64,000 bases of DNA from Candidatus Lustribacter sp. (GCA_965277805.1 OZ255842.1:704001-768000); one strand, 5' to 3'. Shown: positions 10,136 through 19,964, counted from the first letter of the stretch. Numbers and translations: made by a program. Notes: generated by a model from the letters alone, not told the origin.

Positions 10136-11355
10136 GCGAATTGTCTGCGGGTCGGGACCTGGCGTTTCATGACGATCTGTTCTCCAGTGCGGGACGATTC
10201 GAGGATGCCGAAGCAGACTTCCAGCGTCGCGAGCCCCCACGCGCCGTCGTGCAGCGGTTGCTCGTTCGAGACGAAGGCCCGGTGCATTTCGGCCAGCTCG
10301 GCGATCCGTCCGCCCACGGTTTGCTCGACCGGAACCTCGTAGCGCCCCTCGGGACCATACACGTAGAGGCCGGCCGGTGATTGGCGCATGGTCGCGTTCT
10401 CGCAGCTGACGACAACGAGACCGAAAAACTTTTGCATCGTCTTGCCGGCCGCCTCGCCTCCGTGGCGCGGCTCGTACTGTGCCGCACCGTAGCGGCCCTG
10501 TTCTTTTTGCGATTCGAGCAGCGTGTCGCGCGCGTCCGGCGCGGCGCCGGTGAGCGCCATGAACGCCTGCCGGCGGCGGGCATTGGTCAACGGGTCGCGG
10601 TATTCGCCGCCTTCGCTGCGCCACTCGAAGAACTCGGCGGTGTCGAGCAAACTGCGGCCGTCGTAGACGAGCGTCGCCGGCACGCCGGTCTCGAACTCGA
10701 AATGACATACGTAGCCGCCCTCAACACCGGTGAGGCCGTCGGGAAAAGTGGTGCCGCGCACCGTGCGCACCTTGCCGCCCGCGATTTGGCGGATGATGTC
10801 GACGTGGTGCGGACCTTGGTTCAGTACCGGACCGTGGGTGTCGATCAGTTCCGAGCGCAGCCGCGGGCGATGGTTGAACTCGTTGAAGTTCCAGCAATTG
10901 ATCGCGCGCAGCGCCCCGAACTCGCCGGACTCGACCAGCGCTTGCATCTTTTGAATCGGGGCATCGAAACTGTGGGTGTGGCCGGCGAGCAATTTGATGC
11001 CGGTTTCCTCGGCAATGGCGACCATGCGCGCGGCTTCGTCGAGGTCGAGCGTCAACGGCTTCTCGACGATCGCATGTTTGCCGTTGCGGGCCGCATGCGT
11101 CGCGTGTTCGAGGTGAAAGGCCGGCGGCGTGGCGATGTAGACGACGTCGACGTTCGCGTCGCGGACCAGCTCGGCGGCATCGGCATAGACGTTGCAATCG
11201 AATTCGCCGGCAAACGCGTCGCGCGCGTGGGCGCGCGGATCGGCGCCCGCAACCACGCGCCAACGCGGATCCTGCGCTTTGCGGATGTCCTCGAGAATGA
11301 GCGCGCCGGCCTGTCCCAGCCCGATCAGGCCGAGTCGCATTTGCTGTTGCTGCAT
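10132..11355 (-). CDS. Gfo/Idh/MocA oxidoreductase, similar to phthalate 4,5-cis-dihydrodiol dehydrogenase (OphB-like)
   Basis: GLIGLG, VEKPL, GHTHSFD, RPR..E, NQGPH and W..ATLEVC. Confidence 0.85.
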   Translation of the reverse strand: MQQQQMRLGLIGLGQAGALILEDIRKAQDPRWRVVAGADPRAHARDAFAGEFDCNVYADAAELVRDANVDVVYIATPPAFHLEHATHAARNGKHAIVEKPLTLDLDEAARMVAIAEETGIKLLAGHTHSFDAPIQKMQALVESGEFGALRAINCWNFNEFNHRPRLRSELIDTHGPVLNQGPHHVDIIRQIAGGKVRTVRGTTFPDGLTGVEGGYVCHFEFETGVPATLVYDGRSLLDTAEFFEWRSEGGEYRDPLTNARRRQAFMALTGAAPDARDTLLESQKEQGRYGAAQYEPRHGGEAAGKTMQKFFGLVVVSCENATMRQSPAGLYVYGPEGRYEVPVEQTVGGRIAELAEMHRAFVSNEQPLHDGAWGLATLEVCFGILESSRTGEQIVMKRQVPTRRQFA

Positions 11356-11360
11356 GCGCC

Positions 11361-12524
11361 TTACGGTTTCGCCGTGCCGCCGAGACCGCTAACGGCATCA
11401 AAGCCGTCCTCGGCCGCGTTGAAATGCAGCATCACGACACCGTTCGGACCCAGACCCTGGCCGGGATGCGCCGCGAAGTCGTAGACACCGTTGATCCCGT
11501 TGAAGTGGCTGTTCACGATGTAATTGCGCAGCTGCTCGGCGGTCGCGTTCGTACCGAGCTTGCGGAACGCACTGACAACCATCATAATCTGATCGTAACC
11601 GTACCCGCTGCTGATGTCAGGGTGCATGCCTGCGGCGACAAACGCCGCTTTGAAATCTTCGGCGGCGCGGCGCGTCGGACCGGAAGGGAGCGAACGCGGA
11701 TCGAGCGCTGGTGCGCCCGGAAACGAGCAATCGCTGGGCATCAGCGTCGCATAGGCTTTCATCTCGCCGTAGCTGAGGTTACCCGAGCCGCCGACGAACG
11801 GCATCTTCAAGCCGGCGTCGTTGTAGCCGTGCAGGATCGTTCCGAGACTGTTGCCGGTCGTCCAACCGACGAGCGCCTGTGCTCCGGACGCCGTGATCTG
11901 TGAGATCTGCGCCGAGACGCTCACGTCCGCCACGCCGAAGTGCTGGTGGCTGACGATCGTGACCCCGCGGAAGTCGGGTTGCGCGAGCACGGAATCGATG
12001 ATGCGGTCGGCGTCGGTGCCGGTCGCGTCGTTTGAGGTGAGGATCGCGATGCGTCTCAAGCCGCGGTTACGCAGATAGCGTAAGCCCACGGTGATCTGAT
12101 CGACCGTCGAAACCGGACCGGAAAACGAGAGCGATCCTTCGGCCGGATGGTAGCCGGTCGAGAAACAGTACATCAGCAGATCTTTCGAGACCGGAAACAT
12201 CGCGTTGCAGACCGCGACGAGCGCCGAGCCGAACACGAACGGCACGTGCTTTGCGGTCAACGCCGTCATGAGCTGCACGCCGACTTGCGGGCTCGACGCA
12301 TCGTCTTGCACGTCGAAGTGCACCGGTTGCCCGCTGATGCCGCCGCCGCGATTGACGATCGCCTCCATCACGCCCAGCGTCTGCGCTTCGGCTTTGCCGA
12401 GGAATGCGCCCGAACCGGATAGCGGGAACACCGCCTCGATTACGAACGGATCGGCCGCGCGCGCCGGCGCCGATCCCGCCAGTATGGCGGCAACGAATAT
12501 CCAAACGAGCCATGATTTCATCAT
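11361..12524 (-). CDS. ABC substrate-binding protein, LivJ/LivK type
   Basis: GAGGTG RBS before MMKSWLVW. Signal peptide ending ARA-ADP, GSGAFLG, DDASSPQV. Confidence 0.88.
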   Translation of the reverse strand: MMKSWLVWIFVAAILAGSAPARAADPFVIEAVFPLSGSGAFLGKAEAQTLGVMEAIVNRGGGISGQPVHFDVQDDASSPQVGVQLMTALTAKHVPFVFGSALVAVCNAMFPVSKDLLMYCFSTGYHPAEGSLSFSGPVSTVDQITVGLRYLRNRGLRRIAILTSNDATGTDADRIIDSVLAQPDFRGVTIVSHQHFGVADVSVSAQISQITASGAQALVGWTTGNSLGTILHGYNDAGLKMPFVGGSGNLSYGEMKAYATLMPSDCSFPGAPALDPRSLPSGPTRRAAEDFKAAFVAAGMHPDISSGYGYDQIMMVVSAFRKLGTNATAEQLRNYIVNSHFNGINGVYDFAAHPGQGLGPNGVVMLHFNAAEDGFDAVSGLGGTAKP

Positions 12525-12610
12525 GTCACCTCTTGGCGGCCGCTTCGTCACGCGCCGAGACGCCCCCGCCGGACGCAGGCAAGGTATTCGCGGCGGCGTA
12601 AGCGACCTGC

Positions 12611-13561
12611 ATGCAGCTAATTGCGCGCCGTACGCTCCTCGCTCAGCTTGCCGCCGCCGGTGCGGTTGCGGTGGCGCCGCGCGCGCGGGCGGCGGATCTG
12701 CAAACGGTGCGCGTCGCCTCAGCCCTCTCGGACGACATCGCGCCGGTGCTCTACGGAATCTCGAGCGGCATCTTCACGCGGCTCGGCCTCGACATTCAGC
12801 TCCAAGCCGCGAACAGCGGGGCGGCAGCCGCCGCAGCCGTGCTCGGCGGTTCGCTCGAGATCGCGAAGTCGGGCACGATGGCGATCGTGACCGGTCACGT
12901 GCGCGGCGTGCCGTTGACGGCGATTTGGCCCGCGGCGATCTCGACCGCGGCCGCGCCGATGTGCGGGCTCGTCGTGCGCAAGTCGGCCGGCATCACGACC
13001 GCCAAGGATTGCAACGGGAAAACGTTCACCGGCGCGTCGCTCCAAGACCTCAACCAACTCGCGGCGATGGCATGGGTCGACGCCAACGGCGGCGACTCCA
13101 AAACGATGAAGTTCGCCGAGATCACGTCATCGGCCACGATTCCCGCGCTCGAGGCCGGCCGCATCGACGGCGCGACGGTGCTCAATCCGATCTTGCAAGT
13201 GGCGATGCGGACGCCGAGCGTGAAGTTGCTGGCCAACCCGTTCGACACGATCTCGAAGCACTTCTGTTCGAGCACGTGGTTTACGACCACCGACTACGCC
13301 GCGAAGAATCCCGACGTCGTGCGCCGGTTCGTGACGGGCCTGCAAGAAGCGACGCGCTACGAATACGCGCACCAGTCGCAGATGGCGCACTATCTGGCGC
13401 CGTTTCTGCACGTCGACGAAGCGTCGCTGGCCGCGTTCCCACGCACGACCGACGGCCTCACCCTCGACCCGAACGACTACCAGCCCGTCATCGACATCGC
13501 CGTCCGCTACGCCCTAATCCCCAAGTCGTTCAACGCAAGCGAGATGCTAACCGCATCGTAA
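12611..13561 (+). CDS. ABC substrate-binding protein, NitT/TauT
   Basis: ARRTLL Tat leader, WVDANGGDSK and GRIDGA. Confidence 0.87.
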   Translation: MQLIARRTLLAQLAAAGAVAVAPRARAADLQTVRVASALSDDIAPVLYGISSGIFTRLGLDIQLQAANSGAAAAAAVLGGSLEIAKSGTMAIVTGHVRGVPLTAIWPAAISTAAAPMCGLVVRKSAGITTAKDCNGKTFTGASLQDLNQLAAMAWVDANGGDSKTMKFAEITSSATIPALEAGRIDGATVLNPILQVAMRTPSVKLLANPFDTISKHFCSSTWFTTTDYAAKNPDVVRRFVTGLQEATRYEYAHQSQMAHYLAPFLHVDEASLAAFPRTTDGLTLDPNDYQPVIDIAVRYALIPKSFNASEMLTAS

Positions 13562-13617
13562 CCTGCGCTGGGGCATTGCTTGCGGCAGCGTCGCCCACAG
13601 CAGCTGTCCTTCCGAGG

Positions 13618-14886
13618 CTACGGCGTGACTAGCTCTACTCCGCCGCGCCAGAAGCCTTGCACCGGGTCGCCGGGTGCGATGATCGCCGAGCGCGTGATCA
13701 GCTCGTCGAACGGGTTCGCGCCGTCCTTGCGAAGGATCAGCGGATCGCGCCCCTCTTGCACGTCTTGGATGCCTTGGAAGATGATCTTGCGCTGTTCGAT
13801 CATCGGCTTATCCGCAACGCCGAGGTGTTCGAGGCTGCGATCGTAGATCGGTCCTTGCGATTCCACCGCCATGCGGTCCTGATCTTGGAAGCTGTTGCCG
13901 ACGCCCGAATACGTGCGCGTCTTCATTTCTTGGCGGTCCTGTAAGTAACGGTTTTCGGCCGTACGCACCGGGCGCAGTTGATTGTCGACTTCGAATGCTT
14001 GAATGGAGTCTTGGTATTCGTGGTCGATCGGGCCGACCGCGCTGTAATGGATCACGTACTTCCAGTGATGTTCGTCGTCGATCGGCACGTGCCAGTGCAG
14101 CGAGTAGCCGTCATCGTCGTTGGGGCGACGTTCGCGCGGGTTGAAGATCGGAGCGCCGACGAACGCTTGCATGTTCGGCATGATGAAGTTCGTGAGCCGC
14201 ACGTACTTCGAGCCGTCTTTGAGCGTGCGCACCGAATAGGCGCGCAAGCCGAACGGGGTTTCCTCGCACATCGTCTCGGGCGAAGAGTCTTGCGAATTGT
14301 ACTGATTGCTCGGGCCGTTGACGAGTTTCGAATCGAACAGCAGGTGCAAGAACGAGAGATGCGAGGGATCGATGTCGTTCGCTTGCACGAAATTGCACTC
14401 GTGGTAGCGCTTGGTTACGCTCGAGTTCGCGGCGTCGGCCAGCAAGAACGGGATCTTCGGAATCGGCGGCGCTTCGCCCGTCCCCATGTAGGCGAGCACG
14501 AGTCCGCCGGCTTCAACGCACGGATAGCCTTTGTGCCGGATGCGGTCCTTGAACGTACTGGCCGCGGGCTCGTTCGGCTGTTCGAGGCACTGACCGGTCT
14601 TCGAGAAGAGCCAGCCGTGATAGAGGCAGCGCAGGCCGCCGGGTTCGAGCCGTCCGTAGCTCAGGTCCATCCCGCGATGCGGGCAACGGCGTTCGATCAA
14701 CGCCGGCTTCCCGTCGGCGTCGCGGAAGAGCACGAGATTTTCGCTCATCACGCGCACGGGCATCGGCGTATCGATGTCGAGTTCCGCCGAGAGCGCCACC
14801 GGCTGCCAGTAGCGGCGCATGAAATCGCCGCAGGCGGTGCCGGGGCTCGTTTCCGTGAGCAATTTGTTTTGAGCAACAGTGAGCAT
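13618..14886 (-). CDS. Rieske oxygenase, phthalate 4,5-dioxygenase-like alpha subunit
   Basis: AGGAG RBS before MLTVAQNKLL. CPHR...CLYHGW, IDPSHLSFLH and ESQGPIYDRSLEHLG. Close paralogue of 5498-6814. Confidence 0.9.
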   Translation of the reverse strand: MLTVAQNKLLTETSPGTACGDFMRRYWQPVALSAELDIDTPMPVRVMSENLVLFRDADGKPALIERRCPHRGMDLSYGRLEPGGLRCLYHGWLFSKTGQCLEQPNEPAASTFKDRIRHKGYPCVEAGGLVLAYMGTGEAPPIPKIPFLLADAANSSVTKRYHECNFVQANDIDPSHLSFLHLLFDSKLVNGPSNQYNSQDSSPETMCEETPFGLRAYSVRTLKDGSKYVRLTNFIMPNMQAFVGAPIFNPRERRPNDDDGYSLHWHVPIDDEHHWKYVIHYSAVGPIDHEYQDSIQAFEVDNQLRPVRTAENRYLQDRQEMKTRTYSGVGNSFQDQDRMAVESQGPIYDRSLEHLGVADKPMIEQRKIIFQGIQDVQEGRDPLILRKDGANPFDELITRSAIIAPGDPVQGFWRGGVELVTP

Positions 14887-14947
14887 CGAATCTCCTAACG
14901 ACCGAGCCGGAGGGTACCGCAATATTCGAACCCGTATGGGCAAACTC

Positions 14948-15773
14948 ATGTACCCTCTCGGCCGGGCCCGGTGGCTAGCCGGCATGGCCGTCGCCGCGAC
15001 GGCCGGCATGCTGCCGCGCAGCGCATATGCCGACGACGCCGGCGCGCCCGTCGCCGTGCATTTTGCTTCGGCCGCCGACGACGACGTGACGCCGGTGCTC
15101 TACGCCGATCAAGCCGGCTGGTTTCGCGACGCGGGCTTGGCCGTCCATATCGATCGGCTCAACAGCGGCACCGCGGTCTCGGCGGCCGTGGCCGGCGGTG
15201 CGATCGACGTGGGCAAAGCGAGTATGCTCAGCCTCGTGCTCGCGCACGCGCGCGCCGTCCCGTTGACGATCATCGCGCCGGGCAGTCTCTCGCTGCCCAA
15301 CATCATGAACAGCGGATTGATCGTGCGTAAAGAATCGCCGATTCATACGGCCGCCGACTTGAGCGGAAAGATCGTTTCGGTTCCGGCGCTCAGTCAGGAT
15401 CGCCACCGGCAAGTACCGGATGATCGGGCGGCCGATCGAAGGCATCGCGCCGCGTTTGATGATCTCGGCCTGGGTGAGCAACGGTGACTGGGCTGCCAAG
15501 AACGCGGCCGTCGTGCGCAAGGTCGGCCAGATCCTGATGCGCGCCGGCGCCTTCGCCAACGGTCACCACGATCAAACCGCCGATCTCGTCGCAGCGTTTT
15601 CCGGCATCGAGCCGGCGACGGTGCGCACGATGGCGCGAGCGGTGTTCGCCGATAAGCTCGATCCGGCGGACATTCAGCCGCTGATCAACGTCGCGGTCCG
15701 GTACGGCGCGATCAAGCAACGCTTCCCGGCAACGGAATTGTTCAACTCCGGCGCATACGGGCTTTCACGCTAG
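14948..15773 (+). pseudogene. Disrupted NitT/TauT substrate-binding protein (internal deletion of about 51 codons plus a frameshift near 15400)
   Basis: The N-terminal half (to VPALSQD) and C-terminal half (IATGKYRMIG...QPLINVAVRY) are in different frames. The central W.D..GGD...R.DAA segment present in paralogues is absent. Confidence 0.8.
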
Positions 15774-15791
15774 TCAGAGGGAGACCGCACT

Positions 15792-16841
15792 ATGGATACT
15801 CACCGTCGCGACTTTCTCGCGCTGACTGCCGCCGGTGCGTTGGCTCTGCCGCTGCTCGCCAAACCCGCCCTGGCCGAAACGGCGCCCGGACTCTCGTACG
15901 ACTCGCGCCTGATGGGCACGCCGAAGTTCATCGATGTCGACGGCATCCGCACGCGCTACTATGATGCCGGACGTGGTCCGGCGCTCGTGCTCATCCACGG
16001 CGGCCAGTGGCCCGCGACCGCGTCGGCCGACGGCTTCGCCGCGATCTTTGATCATCTCGCCACGACCTATCACGTGTACGCCTTCGACAAGCTCGGCATG
16101 GGCTATACCGATCTGCCGAAGACGCTCGCGGGCTACTCGATGGACGCGATCATCGCCCACGCCTACGGGTTCATTCAAGCCGTCGGCCTCAAGCGTGCCA
16201 TCGTCGCCGGCCATTCGCGCGGTGCGTTGCCGGCTGCGCGCATCGCCGCCGACCATCCGGAACTCGTCTCGCACTTGATCATCTTCGACACCAACGCGCT
16301 CGCCGGCGATGACGCGACGCTCACAGCGCGGCCCGACCGTTCGCTCGAAACGCAGATTCCGACGCGCGAGCAGATTCGCGCCGCCGACATGGCGAGCATT
16401 CTTTCGGTCAATAAAGCGATCGTTACCGATGCGTGGGTCGATTCGGAATTCCGCATCGCGCACTTGGCGAAAACACAGGAAGCCGCGCGGCAATTCGCGG
16501 CCGCTAAGGCGCAGTGGATTCAGAATAACCCCGAGCGTGCGAAGGCCGAGCCGGGACTGCTCGGCGACGACGGACCGCTGGTCTGGTGGCTGGCCGATGC
16601 GAAACATGCCACGCTCGATTTGATCCGGGCCGGTCACTTGAAGATGCCGGTCGCGATCATCTGGGGCTGGAATGACAACTTCGCCCCGCTGCGCTTCGGC
16701 TTGAGTGCGATGGACACGATCGCGAAAGCTAACGACAACACCGAAATGCACATCGTCAATCACGCCTCGCACTTCGTCTTCGCCGAACAGCCCCTCGAAG
16801 TGACACGGCTGATCAACAGCTTCATCCGCGCCTACTCGTAG
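15792..16841 (+). CDS. Tat-exported alpha/beta hydrolase (meta-cleavage-product hydrolase-like fold)
   Basis: GAGGGAG RBS, HRRDFL...ALA leader, HGG oxyanion motif, GHSRG nucleophile elbow, WG.ND and catalytic His in HASHF. Confidence 0.85.
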   Translation: MDTHRRDFLALTAAGALALPLLAKPALAETAPGLSYDSRLMGTPKFIDVDGIRTRYYDAGRGPALVLIHGGQWPATASADGFAAIFDHLATTYHVYAFDKLGMGYTDLPKTLAGYSMDAIIAHAYGFIQAVGLKRAIVAGHSRGALPAARIAADHPELVSHLIIFDTNALAGDDATLTARPDRSLETQIPTREQIRAADMASILSVNKAIVTDAWVDSEFRIAHLAKTQEAARQFAAAKAQWIQNNPERAKAEPGLLGDDGPLVWWLADAKHATLDLIRAGHLKMPVAIIWGWNDNFAPLRFGLSAMDTIAKANDNTEMHIVNHASHFVFAEQPLEVTRLINSFIRAYS

Positions 16842-16855
16842 TTACTTGATCGTCG

Positions 16856-18046
16856 TTACTTGACCGGGGCGCCGCCGAATTTGGAAATCGCCACCCAGGT
16901 GTCACGTCCGGCATCCCAGCGCACCATGATGCCGTTTTTCTCGGTCAGCCCGCGCTGGCTGCCGTCGCGGAAGTCGTATGTGCCGTTGGCTCCCGAAAAG
17001 CCGTGCAGGTCGGAGAGGTAGTCGCGCAATTGCGCCGGCGTGGCGGAGAGGCCGAGCTTCTTATACGCGCCGAGCAAAATGAGCGGCGGATCCCAGCCGA
17101 TGGCTTGCGCAACGTCGGCGTGAACGCCGACCGCTTTGAACGCGTCGACGAATTGCCGCACGGCGGTCGCCAAGTCGCCGGGTGGGATCGACTCGGGCGC
17201 GACGCACGGAAGGCCGGCCGACATAAATCCGGACGGCATGATGGCGGCGAACTGCTTCATCTCCGAGTAAATCAAATTCGAGGCCGACACACCGATCGGC
17301 AGATCCAGTCCGACGTCGGCGTAGCCGTGGAAGACCGTCCCGATCGGGCTGCCGGTGCCCCACGCGACGATCGCTTGAGCGCCGGACGCTTTGATGTGCG
17401 ATAACTGGGCCGTTACGGTCGGGTCGGAAACGGCATAATGTTCGCGATCGACGAGCGTCATATCTTTGAATTCCGGCCGGGCGAGGGCCGCGTCCAACCC
17501 CGTTTCGCCGTCTTGGCCGCTCGCATCCGTCGACGTGATCAGCGCGATTTTCTTCCAGCCGCGCTGTTGAAAATAGCGAATGTTGACGGCGATCAGGTCG
17601 CCGGTCGAGACGCCGTAAGTATAGCCGTACGAACCCTTCGGCGGATGGAAGCCGGCCGACAGACAATAGAGCAACGGTCCATCGGCTTTGAGCAGCGCCT
17701 GGATCGCGTTGCAGCCGCCGGCCAATGACGGCCCGACGATCGATGAGACATGCTTGCTGATCAGCGCATTCGCGAGCTGGACGTCGACTTGCGGGCTCGA
17801 CTCATCATCGGCGACCACGAACTTGATCGGGCGGCCGCCGATGCCGCCGCTTTTGTTGACGCGATCTTCGACCAGCGCGATCGCGCTCTGCTCGGCCTTG
17901 CCGAGAAACGCTCCGGGCCCGGTGAGCGAGAGGATGACGTTGATCTCGAACGGGTCGGCCGCACCCGCGCGCGGCATGTTCGCAGCGAGCAGAACGGCGG
18001 CAGCGCATGCCGCTGCGGCAAAGCGGAGAATATGCGATCGGGTCAT
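16856..18046 (-). CDS. ABC substrate-binding protein, LivJ/LivK type
   Basis: AGGAGAGG RBS, signal peptide, ILSLTGPGAFLG, STDASGQDG and G.YDFRDGSQRG. Confidence 0.88.
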   Translation of the reverse strand: MTRSHILRFAAAACAAAVLLAANMPRAGAADPFEINVILSLTGPGAFLGKAEQSAIALVEDRVNKSGGIGGRPIKFVVADDESSPQVDVQLANALISKHVSSIVGPSLAGGCNAIQALLKADGPLLYCLSAGFHPPKGSYGYTYGVSTGDLIAVNIRYFQQRGWKKIALITSTDASGQDGETGLDAALARPEFKDMTLVDREHYAVSDPTVTAQLSHIKASGAQAIVAWGTGSPIGTVFHGYADVGLDLPIGVSASNLIYSEMKQFAAIMPSGFMSAGLPCVAPESIPPGDLATAVRQFVDAFKAVGVHADVAQAIGWDPPLILLGAYKKLGLSATPAQLRDYLSDLHGFSGANGTYDFRDGSQRGLTEKNGIMVRWDAGRDTWVAISKFGGAPVK

Positions 18047-18055
18047 AGCCTCTCC

Positions 18056-18598
18056 TTAGGATTCGCTATCGAATCCGGCGCTGATGCGTAACAGTAACGA
18101 TGCAAGTTGCGCGCGCTCGTCCAGGCTCAAGACGCCCATGCCGATTTCCGTATCGTCGTAGCGCAGCGGAACGGCAGCCTCGACGCGCTTGCGGCCGCGG
18201 GCGGTGAGCCGCACGACCATGCTCCGCCGATCGTTGGGGTTGGGCGTCCGCTTGACCAAGCCGTCGCGTTCGAGACCATCGATCGTCGCCGACACCGATG
18301 CGTTCGTCGTATGGATCAAGTCGCTGATTTCGCTGGGGGTCAGCATCTGGGTAGGCGTCATGTAGAGCACGACGAGATGGTTGTATTTCGCCGCGTTGAG
18401 GCCGAGGGGCGCCAGCGCCGCGTTGGTGCGGTCGTTGATCCGCTGCGCCAGCGCCCGCAGCGCGAATAAGGCCACGACCGTATTGGGTTCGGAGTGATCC
18501 GGGAACCGCTCTTGCTGGCGTACCATCAGCTCGGGCGGCAGGCGCACGATGGCCTTGCGCTGCGAGCGCGGCCCGGCCGCTTCCGGCTTGACCGTCAC
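18056..18598 (-). CDS. MarR family transcriptional regulator
   Basis: Winged-helix motif LERDGLVKR.PNPNDRRS..V.LT..G. Confidence 0.92.
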   Translation of the reverse strand: MTVKPEAAGPRSQRKAIVRLPPELMVRQQERFPDHSEPNTVVALFALRALAQRINDRTNAALAPLGLNAAKYNHLVVLYMTPTQMLTPSEISDLIHTTNASVSATIDGLERDGLVKRTPNPNDRRSMVVRLTARGRKRVEAAVPLRYDDTEIGMGVLSLDERAQLASLLLRISAGFDSES

Positions 18599-18630
18599 GG
18601 CGTTCCGGAGTATTGTGGCATCTAAACAAC

Positions 18631-19962
18631 ATGCTTACTGAAGAACAGAACGTCCTCCTCACGCGGGTCGGTCCCGGGACGCCGATGGGCGACCTCTTGC
18701 GGCGCTACTGGATGCCGGTTGCCGGCGTCAGCGAGTTTGAGAAGCTGACGATCAAACCGCTGCGGTTATTCGGCGAGGATCTCGTTCTCTATCGCGATAT
18801 GAGCGGCACGTTCGGCCTCGTCGACCGGCATTGTCCGCACCGGCGCGCCGACTTATCGTACGGCTTCGTCGAAGATTGCGGCATCCGGTGCAACTATCAC
18901 GGCTGGCGCTTCGATGAAGCCGGCAACTGCCTCGAGCAGCCGTTCGAAGACGTTGCGAATCCCGATGCGAACTTTAAAGCTAAGGTGCACGTTACGGCCT
19001 ATCCGGTCGAAACGAAGGGTGGTCTCGTGTGGGCGTACATGGGTCCGCAGCCGGCGCCGCTGCTGCCCGACTGGGAACCGTTCTCATGGCCGAACGGCTT
19101 CGTGCAGATCATCACCTCGGTGATTCCGTGCAATTGGCTGCAATGCCAAGAGAACTCGATCGACCCCGTTCACTTCGAGTGGATGCACCGCAACTGGTCG
19201 GTGCGGCTCAAGGGCGAGACCGGACCGTACGGCAAGAAGCACACGCGGATCGATTTCAAAGAGTTCGAGTACGGCTTCACCTATCACCGCCTGGTCGAAG
19301 ACATGCCCGAAGACCACGAGCGCTGGACGGTCGGGCGAATCGCGCTCTGGCCGAATTGTCTCGGACCGAATCAGCATTTCGAATGGCGCGTTCCGATCGA
19401 TGACGAGAACACGCTCTTCGTGCAATGGCACTTCACGCGCGTGCCGCGCGAACGCGAGCCCTACGTTCAGGAAAGTATTCCGACGTGGGAAGGGCCGGTA
19501 ACCGATCCGTTCACCGGGCGCTTTATCAGCAGCCACATCGCGAATCAGGATTTCATCGCATGGGCGGGTCAGGGCCGCATCACCGACCGCACGAAAGAGG
19601 CGCTCGGCATCAGCGACCGCGGCGTCATCTTGATGCGCAAGCAGTTCTTCGATGATCTCAAACGGATCGAACGCGGTGAGGATCCCAAGGGCATCATCCG
19701 CGATCCGAGCATCAACCACCGCATCGAGCTGCCGATCGTCAGCCGCGAACTGCTGACCGAAGGCGTGTCGCTCGCGGAGATGCTCGACGATCCTTCGCTC
19801 GATCCGCGCAACGGCTTTCCGAACCAGTACGGACAGCCTGAAGCAGTGCGCGTCGCGTTCCTGGAAGCGATGGGCCTCGATCCCAACGGCGAGATCGCCG
19901 ACGGTTCGGAGTTTCTCGCAACGGCGAGCGCCGCACCGAAAAAGCGGATGGTCTGGAGCTAG
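18631..19962 (+). CDS. Rieske oxygenase alpha subunit (LigXa/5,5'-dehydrodivanillate O-demethylase-like)
   Basis: MLTEEQN.LLTRVGPGTPMG, CPHRR...CNYHGW and NWLQCQENSIDPVHFEWMH. Substrate assignment is tentative. Confidence 0.88.
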   Translation: MLTEEQNVLLTRVGPGTPMGDLLRRYWMPVAGVSEFEKLTIKPLRLFGEDLVLYRDMSGTFGLVDRHCPHRRADLSYGFVEDCGIRCNYHGWRFDEAGNCLEQPFEDVANPDANFKAKVHVTAYPVETKGGLVWAYMGPQPAPLLPDWEPFSWPNGFVQIITSVIPCNWLQCQENSIDPVHFEWMHRNWSVRLKGETGPYGKKHTRIDFKEFEYGFTYHRLVEDMPEDHERWTVGRIALWPNCLGPNQHFEWRVPIDDENTLFVQWHFTRVPREREPYVQESIPTWEGPVTDPFTGRFISSHIANQDFIAWAGQGRITDRTKEALGISDRGVILMRKQFFDDLKRIERGEDPKGIIRDPSINHRIELPIVSRELLTEGVSLAEMLDDPSLDPRNGFPNQYGQPEAVRVAFLEAMGLDPNGEIADGSEFLATASAAPKKRMVWS

Positions 19963-19964
19963 CC

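Noticed and set aside
15390-15420. Programmed frameshift in the split SBP
   Set aside because: No slippery sequence, and about 51 core codons are missing, so recoding could not restore the protein.
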